64,000 nt of DNA from Oscillospiraceae bacterium (GCA_017436575.1 JAFSCU010000008.1:8116-72115); one strand, 5' to 3'. Positions 47,430 to 56,703 are shown, numbered from the stretch's first letter. The notes: generated by a model not told the origin, from the sequence alone. A program made the numbers and translations.

Positions 47430-48242
47430 ATGCTGTACAATGCAAAAAATGGGCAGGTAAATATTGGCAGTTCAGTTATGGACTATATAAAATTCGGTAA
47501 AGGGGAAAAGAATATTATTATGATTCCCGGTCTGGGTGACGGGCTGAAAACTGTGAAAGGTATGGCATTACCTATGGCTGTTATGTACAGGCAGTTTGCA
47601 AAGGATTTTACTGTATGGGTATTCAGCCGCAAACAGCCGTTGGAACCTGATGCCAACACCCGTACAATGGCAACTGATTTGCGGGTTGCAATGGATATTC
47701 TGGGCATAGACAGTGCCCATATACTTGGTGTGTCCCAGGGTGGTATGATAGCACAGTGGCTGGCAATAGATTTTTCGCAGAAAGTATGCAGTCTGGCACT
47801 GGTAGTAACAATGGCAAAGCAGAATGAAACTGTGCAGTCTGTGGTAGCCAGCTGGATTGAAATGTCACAGAAAGATGATTTCAACACATTGACCATCGAC
47901 AATTTTGAAAAAAGCTATACAGATAGCTATCTTAAAAAATACAGACTGTTTTATCCGCTTATAGTTCCTTTTATGAAACCAAAGGACAAACAGAGATTTC
48001 TCATACAGGCAAAATCCTGTCTGAATCATAATACATGGGACTATATTGATAAAATCACCGTGCCTACACTTATTGTGGCAGGTGGAAAGGATAAAATAGT
48101 TACCTGCAATGCTTCACAGGAGATGGCTGAAAAGATTGGTGGCAGCCAACTGATTGTATATGATAACTTTGGACATTCGGTATATGAAGAAGCAAAGGAT
48201 TTCAATGACAAAATCCTGAATTTTTTTGTAAAACATCTATAA
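47430..48242 (+). CDS. alpha/beta hydrolase
   Basis: 270 aa. GVSQGG nucleophile elbow and a C-terminal ..FGHSVYEE.. His. Confidence 0.8.
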   Translation: MLYNAKNGQVNIGSSVMDYIKFGKGEKNIIMIPGLGDGLKTVKGMALPMAVMYRQFAKDFTVWVFSRKQPLEPDANTRTMATDLRVAMDILGIDSAHILGVSQGGMIAQWLAIDFSQKVCSLALVVTMAKQNETVQSVVASWIEMSQKDDFNTLTIDNFEKSYTDSYLKKYRLFYPLIVPFMKPKDKQRFLIQAKSCLNHNTWDYIDKITVPTLIVAGGKDKIVTCNASQEMAEKIGGSQLIVYDNFGHSVYEEAKDFNDKILNFFVKHL

Positions 48243-48298
48243 TTATTAATATAAAATATACAATAGTACAAAATGAGATTATATAGGGATGTTTTATA

Positions 48299-48327
48299 TT
48301 GACAATGACGGATGTTATTGTTAAAAT
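48299..48327 (+). promoter_or_regulatory. sigma-A-type promoter of the transporter leader
   Basis: TTGACA (48299-48304), 17 nt, TAAAAT (48322-48327). Confidence 0.5.
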
Positions 48328-48409
48328 AAAGCGTACTAAAAGGGAGTAGCTTACGCTATGCGTACATTGCTGCGTCATTTCGGCATTTTTTGCCCGCACT
48401 ATGTTTAAA

Positions 48410-48453
48410 AAGCGAGACTTTTACTGAAAAGTAATAGTCTTGCTTTGATTTTT
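48410..48453 (+). terminator. leader terminator/attenuator immediately upstream of the transporter RBS
   Basis: AAGCGAGACTTTTAC-TGAAAA-GTAATAGTCTTGCTT, a 15-bp stem with one G-U pair and one mismatch, followed by TGATTTTT. The RBS GAGAGG is at 48454 and the ATG at 48466. Confidence 0.55.
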
Positions 48454-48465
48454 GAGAGGTTTTAA

Positions 48466-49734
48466 ATGAAAACATTAGTTATAGCTTTATTTGCACTGAC
48501 CTATGTGCTTATGCTGTCAGTGCCAAAGTATCGCCATCTGGCAGCGTTGGCAACAGCAGGCGTGTATGTTGCCCTGGGTGTAGTGGCACCTGCAGAGGCC
48601 TTTACTGCTGTTGACTGGAATGTTATCCTGATGCTGGCAGGCACAATGGGTACAGTTTACCTGTGCATCGAGTCACAGATGCCTGCCGCAGCGGCTGATA
48701 TTCTGGTAAACAAACTTAAAAAGGTAAAACTTATCTTTGTTGCACTGGCACTTTTTTCAGGTTTTGTATCTGCCTTTATTGATAATGTTGCCACTGTTCT
48801 GATGGTTGCACCTATCGCACTGGCCATTGCAAAAAAATTCAATATTTCGCCTGTACAGACTGTGCTGACAGTTGCTGTTTCTTCAAACCTTCAGGGGGCA
48901 GCCACATTGGTAGGTGATACCACAAGTATCCTGCTGGGCGGTTATGCCAATATGGACTTTATGGATTTCTTCTTTATGGATGGCAAACTTGGTATGTTCT
49001 GGATTGTTCAGGCCGGTGCTGTTGCCACCATACCTGTTCTTTTCTATATTTTCAGAGACGAAACCCGTGTTGTTGACAGAAGTACAGTTACAAAAATTAC
49101 AAATATGTTTCCAACATATACATTGTTGGCTACAGTTGGATGTCTGGTTGCAGCATCATTTATTCCAAACAAACCTAATATTACAAATGGTGTAATATGT
49201 GTTGTTTTCTGTATTATTACAGTGGCACAGGAATTCTGGCTTAACCGAGACAGAGAAAAAATCAAAGATACTGTTGTAAATATTGATTTTCAGACACTTA
49301 TGTTGCTTTCAGGGCTGTTTATTGTTATCCAGGGCATAACAAATGTAGGTCTTATCAATGATATTTCCAACCTGTTTGTTGCTGTTGCCGGAGATAACGT
49401 GTTCTTTATCTATACAATCCTGGTATGGTTCTCTGTGCTTGTTTCCGCATTTATTGACAATATTCCTTATGTTGCCACAATGTTGCCTGTAGTTTCTGTT
49501 CTTTCAGCTTCTTTGGGCATTGACCCGACTGTGCTGTATTTTGGTCTGCTGGCAGGTGCAACATTGGGTGGCAATATCACACCTGTTGGTGCGTCAGCAA
49601 ACATTGCTGCCGGTGGTATACTGCGAAAAGAAGGTTTTGAGGTATCTGCAAAGGAATTTATGTCTATTGGTGTGCCGTTTACACTTTGTGCTGTACTTAC
49701 AGGTTATGTACTTATCTGGCTTATTTACGCATAA
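48466..49734 (+). CDS. ArsB/NhaD-superfamily (CitMHS-like) ion transporter
   Basis: 422 aa with about 10-12 TM helices. ..FVSAFIDNVATVLMVAPI.. and a repeated ..VSAFIDNIPYVATMLPV.. motif are typical of this permease superfamily. Confidence 0.75.
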   Translation: MKTLVIALFALTYVLMLSVPKYRHLAALATAGVYVALGVVAPAEAFTAVDWNVILMLAGTMGTVYLCIESQMPAAAADILVNKLKKVKLIFVALALFSGFVSAFIDNVATVLMVAPIALAIAKKFNISPVQTVLTVAVSSNLQGAATLVGDTTSILLGGYANMDFMDFFFMDGKLGMFWIVQAGAVATIPVLFYIFRDETRVVDRSTVTKITNMFPTYTLLATVGCLVAASFIPNKPNITNGVICVVFCIITVAQEFWLNRDREKIKDTVVNIDFQTLMLLSGLFIVIQGITNVGLINDISNLFVAVAGDNVFFIYTILVWFSVLVSAFIDNIPYVATMLPVVSVLSASLGIDPTVLYFGLLAGATLGGNITPVGASANIAAGGILRKEGFEVSAKEFMSIGVPFTLCAVLTGYVLIWLIYA

Positions 49735-49748
49735 TAAATTTATAAATG

Positions 49749-49777
49749 ACACCTCTGCCTTTGCAGAGGTGTTTTTT
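49749..49777 (+). terminator. intrinsic terminator
   Basis: ACACCTCTGC-CTTT-GCAGAGGTGT followed by TTTTT. Confidence 0.8.
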
Positions 49778-49853
49778 ATGATTATTAATTTGCATAAAAT
49801 AACATTTTTATGTATAATTAAAAAATAAAATATAAAATCAGTGAGGTACAGAT

Positions 49854-50522
49854 ATGAAAATATGGTGTATTGAAGATGATATAAATATAAACAATCTGGT
49901 GGTTTATGCACTGGAATCATCAGGTTATGATGTGCAGGGCTTTGTGAATTTTTATGAATTTGATATTGCTATGAAAAATGAAAAGCCGGACCTGATAATT
50001 CTGGATGTGATGCTGCCTGACAAAGACGGTATGGAAATACTGCAGGGGCTGCGCGAAAAACCATCTACCAGCGATATTCCGGTTATTATGCTGACTGCCA
50101 AAACAGCAGAAAGCGACAAAGTGCGTGCACTTGATATGGGGGCAGATGACTATGTGCCAAAACCTTTTGGTGTAATGGAACTTATCAGCCGTGTACGCGC
50201 TGTGCTGCGCCGTGTCACACCTAAAAATACGGAAGAACTGATTGTCTGCCACAATGTTTCTGTGTCACCTTCACGGCACCGTGTTGATGTGGATGGCGTA
50301 ACAATAGAATTGACACTGAAAGAGTATAATCTGCTGTATCTGCTGGTTTCCAATCAGGGTCAGGTATTCAGCCGTAAACAGTTGATGGACAAAGTGTGGG
50401 GCGACAGCTATGTAGGTGAAAGCCGTACAATTGATATGCATATAAAAACCTTGCGTCAGAAACTGGAAGCAGGGGGAGATATTATAAAAACTGTTCGTGG
50501 TGTAGGTTACAAAGCAGAATAA
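49854..50522 (+). CDS. OmpR/PhoB-family response regulator
   Basis: 222 aa. ..LIILDVMLPDKDG.., ..MLTAK.., and a winged-helix C-terminus ..TVRGVGYK. Confidence 0.9.
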   Translation: MKIWCIEDDININNLVVYALESSGYDVQGFVNFYEFDIAMKNEKPDLIILDVMLPDKDGMEILQGLREKPSTSDIPVIMLTAKTAESDKVRALDMGADDYVPKPFGVMELISRVRAVLRRVTPKNTEELIVCHNVSVSPSRHRVDVDGVTIELTLKEYNLLYLLVSNQGQVFSRKQLMDKVWGDSYVGESRTIDMHIKTLRQKLEAGGDIIKTVRGVGYKAE

Positions 50523-50533
50523 TGGTGTGAATT

Positions 50534-52192
50534 ATGCAAAACAGAATTCTTAAAAATACAGTTATCAGCTGTCTGTTTGTTGTTATACTGTCTGTTTATT
50601 CCTGTTTTCTGCTTTATACAAGCAATCTGCAGGAAACTATGAACCAGCAGGCGTATTCGCAGACCATGCTGCTGATGCATATTCTGGAAACATCAAAGGA
50701 AGACCCTGTTTCTGCCATTAAAAAAATAGAAAGCGAAATATACGGCCGTATTACATTTGTAGATGAATCCGGCAAGGTAGTGTATGACTCTGATTACGAA
50801 ATAGCACAGCTGGAAAGCCACAGCGACCGACAGGAAATTATCAAGGCAAGAACAGAAGGCATAGCCATAAATCAGCGTATGTCCAACACCAGCAACAAGC
50901 GGATGTATTACTGTGCCGCCTATGTAAAGGATATAGGGGTTGTACGCGTAGGGATTACTTCCGCCATTGAAGTGGATGATGTGCTTAAAAATACCAGCCC
51001 TATTTTATGGGGATTTATAATTGTGTTTATGGCAGGTATTCTTGTGCTTTCTGCCATGACAACCAGCCGCATTGTAGACACAATTGAAAAATATGACATT
51101 GAAACAGGCGAGGGAGAAATATATGAAGAACTTTCTCCTTTTGTACAGAAAATCAAAAGTCAGAACGATATTATCAAACGGCAGGTTCAGACGTTGACTG
51201 ACGAAAAGATAAAACTACAGAGCATCTTTATGAACATCAAAGAAGGTATACTGGTGTGCGACAGCCGTATGCGCATTGTACAGACCAACAATGAAGTTAG
51301 AAAGATATTTGGCTTTGATGAATATCAGTCTGTTTTCTCCAGGGCTGTTAAAATGCCACGGTTGGTGGCTGCTATGGAAAAAGCACTGGCAGGTGAAACC
51401 ACACAGATGACCTTTGAATGGCAGGGCAGATGGTATCAGAGTATCACCAGCCAGAACAATTATCATAATGAAAAAGGTGCTATACTTATTGTGCTGGATA
51501 TTACACAGCAGGTGGAAAGCGAGCAGAACCGCCGCCGGTTTACCGATAATGTTACACACGAACTGAAAACACCGCTGACCAGCATCATAGGTTACAGTCA
51601 GCTGATTACCAACGATATTGCCCGACCTGATGATGTGAAAAAATTTGTTGCGATTATTGAACAGAACGCCCAGAACCTGATGGATATGATAAACGACATA
51701 ATGAAAATATCCAGTCTGGAAACCCGGGAAGGTTTTGCAAAAACAGTTCTTTCACTGGACGAAATTGTGAACAGGACAATTATTCAGGAAAAACTGGCAG
51801 CCGAAAGCAGAAATATTACAATTAATTCCGATGTGGAAAAAATGCAGATTATTGCCGATGAAAGCCAGATGTATCAGCTGGCAGGCAATCTTGTGTCAAA
51901 TGCCATAAAGTATAACGTAGATGGCGGCAGTGTGGATGTTCGACTTTTCAGACAGGGCAATATGGCTGTACTTGTGGTAAAGGACAGCGGTATAGGTATA
52001 CCGGCTGACCAACAGGACAAGGTTTTTGAACGTTTTTATGTGGTGGATAAATCCAGAAACAAAAAGATATCTTCCACTGGGCTGGGGCTTTCTATTGTAA
52101 AGCATATTGTAAAAGCCCATGACGGCCATATAGAGCTGGTTTCGCAGCCGGGAAAAGGTTCACAGTTTACCGTAAAACTGCCGATAGAATAG
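50534..52192 (+). CDS. sensor histidine kinase (PhoR/VicK-like: 2 TM, PAS, HisKA, HATPase)
   Basis: 552 aa. H-box THELKTPLTSI, N-box ..VSNAIKYN.., G-boxes DSGIGI / GLGLSIVK. Confidence 0.85.
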   Translation: MQNRILKNTVISCLFVVILSVYSCFLLYTSNLQETMNQQAYSQTMLLMHILETSKEDPVSAIKKIESEIYGRITFVDESGKVVYDSDYEIAQLESHSDRQEIIKARTEGIAINQRMSNTSNKRMYYCAAYVKDIGVVRVGITSAIEVDDVLKNTSPILWGFIIVFMAGILVLSAMTTSRIVDTIEKYDIETGEGEIYEELSPFVQKIKSQNDIIKRQVQTLTDEKIKLQSIFMNIKEGILVCDSRMRIVQTNNEVRKIFGFDEYQSVFSRAVKMPRLVAAMEKALAGETTQMTFEWQGRWYQSITSQNNYHNEKGAILIVLDITQQVESEQNRRRFTDNVTHELKTPLTSIIGYSQLITNDIARPDDVKKFVAIIEQNAQNLMDMINDIMKISSLETREGFAKTVLSLDEIVNRTIIQEKLAAESRNITINSDVEKMQIIADESQMYQLAGNLVSNAIKYNVDGGSVDVRLFRQGNMAVLVVKDSGIGIPADQQDKVFERFYVVDKSRNKKISSTGLGLSIVKHIVKAHDGHIELVSQPGKGSQFTVKLPIE

Positions 52193-52194
52193 GA

Positions 52195-52221
52195 AAAAGG
52201 ACTGCATATGCAGTCCTTTTT
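52195..52221 (+). terminator. intrinsic terminator
   Basis: AAAAGGACTGCATATGCAGTCCTTTTT palindromic hairpin with a U-tract. Confidence 0.8.
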
Positions 52222-52377
52222 AGATATATGGGGAAACAAAACGCTTATTTTTGAACGGAAAGCCGATAGATTCTCCTACGCAGACAGAAAAATTGCAATA
52301 TGTACATTGCGCAACCCTTGCTTGCGTGACAAAATATCAGTTTTCTTGTACTATTTTTACAGAAAGGATGTGCTGTA

Positions 52378-53049
52378 ATGTACGATATAAGTAAAAATCT
52401 GAAAAAACTGCGACAGCAGAGAAACTGGACACAGCAGCAGATGGCAGATGTGCTGTTTGTTACCAGACAGGCGGTTTCCAACTGGGAAACAGGAAAAAAT
52501 ATGCCTGATCTGGCTACATTGCAGATTATAGCTGAAAAACTTGATATCAGCACAGATGAAATACTTTATGGTAAAAATCAGACTTATGAAAAGATGAAGA
52601 AAGACACCAATAAAATAAAAAAGCTGCTGCTTTTTATTGGGGCTGTGTATATCAGTTCTGTGTTGATGGTATTACTTACAATTATTTATGATCTGAATCC
52701 AGATGTAATTTTAACAGGTTTAACCCATTATATGCTTATTGTGCGACCAGTGCTGGCCTTTGCCATGGGAATATTTATTTATCAGAATCTTAAATATAAC
52801 GGAAGAATTAAAAAAAGTTTTCCTGAAAAGCATAAGAAATCTGTACATATATTTACAAATATAACCTTACTTGTCCAGATAGCAATGGCTCTGGCAATAA
52901 CAGCTGACACTGTTTGGTTTTACTTTAACGGCAGAGATTTTCTGCCTGATGCTGTAATGGGTTGGTGTGCCTTTATGATGTCTGGGCTGGGAATTTATGC
53001 ATTTATATTTTTTGTTGCGGTTGGCATACTGCATGAAGCCACAGTTTGA
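52378..53049 (+). CDS. membrane-anchored XRE-family HTH protein
   Basis: 223 aa. ..LRQQRNWTQQQMADVLFVTRQAVSNWETG.. HTH_3, followed by about four TM helices. Confidence 0.7.
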   Translation: MYDISKNLKKLRQQRNWTQQQMADVLFVTRQAVSNWETGKNMPDLATLQIIAEKLDISTDEILYGKNQTYEKMKKDTNKIKKLLLFIGAVYISSVLMVLLTIIYDLNPDVILTGLTHYMLIVRPVLAFAMGIFIYQNLKYNGRIKKSFPEKHKKSVHIFTNITLLVQIAMALAITADTVWFYFNGRDFLPDAVMGWCAFMMSGLGIYAFIFFVAVGILHEATV

Positions 53050-53059
53050 TATTTATAGT

Positions 53060-53089
53060 CTCCGGCAGGTTCTGCCGGAGTTTTGTTTT
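53060..53089 (+). terminator. intrinsic terminator marking the left edge of the phage-derived region
   Basis: CTCCGGCA-GGTTC-TGCCGGAG followed by TTTTGTTTT. Confidence 0.8.
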
Positions 53090-53135
53090 ACAGGGGAAAA
53101 ACATGGGATGAAATGGCTTTTCTTTTCCTTACAAT
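53081..53135 (+). promoter_or_regulatory. conserved upstream element, copy A (upstream of the terminase module)
   Basis: TTTTGTTTTACAGGGGAAAAACATGGGATGAAATGGCT is followed 11 nt later by TACAATAAAA. It is homologous to 59474-59553 (copy B). Confidence 0.4.
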
Positions 53136-53161
53136 AAAAATGTGGGGAAAAGGAGGAGAAA

Positions 53162-53416
53162 ATGGGAAGAAACTTGGATTTTGAAGGAAAGATGAAAAAA
53201 CTGCTGAAAAGCCAGATGGGCACAGAACACCGACAGGGCATGGACTTTTTGCCGGCTGAAGGGCCCTGCACATGGATGAACGCAGTGTGCCTGTCACTTG
53301 CTGCCAAAGCGGTGAAAGGGGATATTTCTGCCATAAAATACATAAATGAAATCTGCAAGAAAGAAGAAATACAGGACAAGGGGCCTCTGTCCATAACTGT
53401 AAAGGTGGTTGAATAA
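53162..53416 (+). CDS. small-terminase-like ORF, apparently only the C-terminal part of a Terminase_2-type subunit
   Basis: 84 aa, AAAGGAGGAG RBS. The stop overlaps the terL start (TAATG). ..LSLAAKAVKGDISAIKYINEI.. resembles the conserved ..KA..GD..A..F.LKN.. segment of small terminases. No HTH N-domain is present. Confidence 0.4.
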   Translation: MGRNLDFEGKMKKLLKSQMGTEHRQGMDFLPAEGPCTWMNAVCLSLAAKAVKGDISAIKYINEICKKEEIQDKGPLSITVKVVE

Positions 53417-54726
53417 TGGAAATATCTGTCAGTACAAAACAGAAACAGTTTATAGACGCTGACAGTGATGAAGTGCTGTTTGGCGGTGGGGCAGGTGGTG
53501 GCAAAAGCTATGCCCAGGTTATAGACGCACTGGTTTATGCGGTAAAATACCCAGGGTCAAAACAGTTGATACTTCGCCGCACCTATCCGGAACTGGACAA
53601 AAGTATTATCCGCACCACGCTGGCACTGTATCCGAAAGATATTTACAGGTATATTTCATCTTCCCACACAGGTCAGTTTACCAATGGCAGCGTTATTGAC
53701 TTTGGTTACTGTGACAGCGAAACAGATGTTTATCGCTATCAGTCCTCAGAATTTGATGTAATCCGTTTCGATGAACTGACTCATTTCACAAAAGAAATGT
53801 ATATTTATCTTATCAGCCGTCTGAGAGGGGTGAACGGATACCCAAAACAAATGAAAAGCACCACTAACCCGGGCGGAATAGGGCACAAATGGGTGAAAGA
53901 AAGGTTTATAGATGTGGGGCGGCCAAATATTGTACGCAGTTTCAATGGTCAGACCAGAATTTTTATACCATCGCTTGTAAGCGACAACAGTTTTCTAATG
54001 GAAAAGGATAAAAGCTATTTGAAAAGGCTGGAAAATCTGTCAGAGAAAGACAGGAAAGCACTGTTGCACGGACAGTGGGATATTTTTGAAGGGCAGTATT
54101 TCAGCGAGTGGAGCAGGGATATACATGTTATACAGCCTTTTGAAATACCACCGCATTGGAAAAAATACGCAGCTATGGACTATGGCCTGGATATGCTGGC
54201 GGTATATTTTATCGCAGTGGATGATGCGGGCAATGCTTATGTATACAACGAAATTTATCAGCCGAACCTGATTATAAGCTCTGCAGCAGAATTGATAAAA
54301 AGCCGTATGACACAGCCGTTTCAGGCTTTTTATGCGCCGCCGGATTTGTGGAATCGCCGCCAGGACTCCGGCAGCAGTGTGGCGGCAATATTTGCACAGC
54401 ATGGTATTTTGTTGACAAAATCAGTTAATGACAGGCAGACTGGCTGGTATGCAGTAAAGGAATATCTGTATATTGGTCAGGACGAAATGGGAAAACCAAC
54501 TGCCAGACTGAAAATTTTTTCAAATTGTCTTAATCTTATACGCACCTTGCCGGCTCTTGTCCATGATGCAAAAAATGTAAATGATGTGTCTGGCACACCT
54601 CACGAGTACACTCATGGACCTGATGCTCTGAGATATTTTTGCGTGATGCACTGCAACCGGCAAAAAGAGGTGGAAAAAGAAACTGTGGAATATCCGCAGG
54701 AACTGTTTCAGTTTACAAATATTTAG
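53416..54726 (+). CDS. phage terminase large subunit
   Basis: 436 aa. Walker A GGGAGGGKSY, ..IRFDELTHF.. Walker B, and a nuclease half with ..AMDYGLDMLAVY.. and ..HGPDALRYF. Appears intact. Confidence 0.9.
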   Translation: MEISVSTKQKQFIDADSDEVLFGGGAGGGKSYAQVIDALVYAVKYPGSKQLILRRTYPELDKSIIRTTLALYPKDIYRYISSSHTGQFTNGSVIDFGYCDSETDVYRYQSSEFDVIRFDELTHFTKEMYIYLISRLRGVNGYPKQMKSTTNPGGIGHKWVKERFIDVGRPNIVRSFNGQTRIFIPSLVSDNSFLMEKDKSYLKRLENLSEKDRKALLHGQWDIFEGQYFSEWSRDIHVIQPFEIPPHWKKYAAMDYGLDMLAVYFIAVDDAGNAYVYNEIYQPNLIISSAAELIKSRMTQPFQAFYAPPDLWNRRQDSGSSVAAIFAQHGILLTKSVNDRQTGWYAVKEYLYIGQDEMGKPTARLKIFSNCLNLIRTLPALVHDAKNVNDVSGTPHEYTHGPDALRYFCVMHCNRQKEVEKETVEYPQELFQFTNI

Positions 54727-54840
54727 ATATTTGCAGTTGACAGCAAAGGGATATATATTGTAAAAATTCATTTTTCCTTCACACACAACGACAATAATAT
54801 GGTATAATTAAATATTATAAAATTTCTAAAAGGCAGATAT

Positions 54841-56016
54841 ATGAAAAAAGAAAGATTAATTTATATTATTACCATTATTTTATCCGCGCTTTATATTTTC
54901 TTTGGCAACAAAGCTGCAAATGTGAACAAGGTGGATTATTCCAGTGGAAATCCCGGTGGTACACCTATCAAAATACAGGTTACAAAGGTTGTGGACCCAA
55001 ACTATGCCGACGTGATTTATCCTGAATATGTTACAGAGGACAGGGTAATTCTTTTTGAAGGTAAAATCCTGTCTGGCTATCGCAAAGGTGAAATTGTCAC
55101 AGCCATACAGTCTATTGACAGTATGTATGCTGTTCCACCAAGGGAAGTGGCGGAAGGTGACAAGGTCATTATTTATAAAAACCAGAATGGCAATGCTCCT
55201 GACATAAGATATATGTTTGCAGAATATCACAGGGTGGATTTTGTGATTGTGCTGTGGATTGTATTTTTTGTGCTTCTGCTGGCTCTTGGCAGAAAAAATG
55301 GGGTAAAGACACTGATTTCACTGGCTTTTACAGTGCTGAGTATTTTTTATGTTTTTGTTCCGGCTGTTCTGAATGGCGGTAATATATACTCATGGTCTGT
55401 TTCCACCTGTATATATATTATTCTTATGACATTGTTGATTATCAGCGGTTTTTCAAAGAAAAGTCTAGCGGCTATGATTGGCTGTTCCAGCGGTGTGCTG
55501 GTGGCGGGTATACTGGCTGTTATAACAAATTCAGTGTGCAAGCTGACAGGCCTTACCACAGAAGACTCGATGTATCTGCTGCTGTTGAATCCTGACAACC
55601 CTATAGACCTGAAAGCCATTATTTTTGCAGGCATTATACTGGGTGCGGTTGGTGCCATTATGGACGTATCCATGTCGCTTTCATCCTCACTGGCTGAAAT
55701 GAAAGAACAGGCGGGGCATATGACTGCGGCACAGATTACACGCAGTGGTATGGTGGTAGGCCGTGACATTATGGGCACTATGGCGAATACACTTATTCTT
55801 GCATACATCGGTTCATCTCTTTCTGTTACATTGCTGCTGGCGGCATACAACAGCGCCACACCACTGCTGATGTTTAACTCTGAAATGATACTGGTGGAAC
55901 TGTTGCAGGCTGTGGCCGGCTCTCTGGGGATATTGCTGACAATACCTCTTACCAGTGCTGTCTGCGGTGTGCTTTACCGGTCTGATGACAAAAAAACACA
56001 ATATAAACCTGAATAG
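54841..56016 (+). CDS. YibE/F-family integral membrane protein
   Basis: 391 aa. One N-terminal TM helix, a soluble beta-rich segment, then about 7 TM helices. Own promoter TGgTATAAT at 54800-54808. Confidence 0.7.
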   Translation: MKKERLIYIITIILSALYIFFGNKAANVNKVDYSSGNPGGTPIKIQVTKVVDPNYADVIYPEYVTEDRVILFEGKILSGYRKGEIVTAIQSIDSMYAVPPREVAEGDKVIIYKNQNGNAPDIRYMFAEYHRVDFVIVLWIVFFVLLLALGRKNGVKTLISLAFTVLSIFYVFVPAVLNGGNIYSWSVSTCIYIILMTLLIISGFSKKSLAAMIGCSSGVLVAGILAVITNSVCKLTGLTTEDSMYLLLLNPDNPIDLKAIIFAGIILGAVGAIMDVSMSLSSSLAEMKEQAGHMTAAQITRSGMVVGRDIMGTMANTLILAYIGSSLSVTLLLAAYNSATPLLMFNSEMILVELLQAVAGSLGILLTIPLTSAVCGVLYRSDDKKTQYKPE

Positions 56017-56021
56017 GACCA

Positions 56022-56050
56022 AAGGGCGACAAATACTTGTTGCCCTTTTG
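56022..56050 (+). terminator. intrinsic terminator
   Basis: AAGGGCGACAA-ATAC-TTGTTGCCCTT (one G-U pair) followed by TTG. Confidence 0.6.
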
Positions 56051-56135
56051 AATTATGTATATTTTCATAGTTATAACCCAATTTATTCACAATTTTAACA
56101 TTTTTATATCGTATTTTATAAATAAAGACAGATTA

Positions 56136-56164
56136 TTGAATATCTATCCCAAAAACAGTATAAT
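56136..56164 (+). promoter_or_regulatory. sigma-A promoter of the nfeD-SPFH pair
   Basis: TTGAAT (56136-56141), 17 nt, TATAAT (56159-56164). Confidence 0.55.
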
Positions 56165-56203
56165 ATATTAAAAAGCAGATATTTCCCGGAAGGAGGAATT
56201 GAT

Positions 56204-56650
56204 ATGCTGTTTGGAATCAATACTACATATATATGGCTGGCAGTGGCGGTGGCACTGGCACTGCTGGAAATGGCCACTACATCCCTGGTTTCTATATGGT
56301 TTGTAATGGGCAGCCTGTTTGCTTTTGGGTTAAGTTTCATAACTGACAGTGTGATGGCGCAGATGGTGGTGTTTATAGTTGTCAGTGGGACGGCTCTGGC
56401 CTTTACACGCCCGCTGGTAAAAAAACATATTCACAAATCCACGGTGCCTACCAACGCAGATATGATTATCGGTAAAACAGCCCTGGTTACACAGCCTATA
56501 ACTGCCGATAAGAAAGGCAGGGTTACAGTTGATGGCCAGTCCTGGCTGGCACAGTCAGATGTGCCACTGGCGGTGGGTGAACATGTAATTGTAGAAAAAA
56601 TTGCAGGTGTTACACTTTATGTGTCCCCACAGACAGTCAAAATAAGTTAA
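56204..56650 (+). CDS. NfeD-family membrane protein
   Basis: 148 aa, GAAGGAGG RBS. Three TM helices plus a C-terminal OB-fold segment ..GRVTVDGQSWLAQSD....GEHVIVEKIAGVTLYV. Confidence 0.8.
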   Translation: MLFGINTTYIWLAVAVALALLEMATTSLVSIWFVMGSLFAFGLSFITDSVMAQMVVFIVVSGTALAFTRPLVKKHIHKSTVPTNADMIIGKTALVTQPITADKKGRVTVDGQSWLAQSDVPLAVGEHVIVEKIAGVTLYVSPQTVKIS

Positions 56651-56703
56651 TAATACAGAAGACAAAGTTCTGTCTGCATTATATATAGTAAAGGAGAAAA
56701 GTT

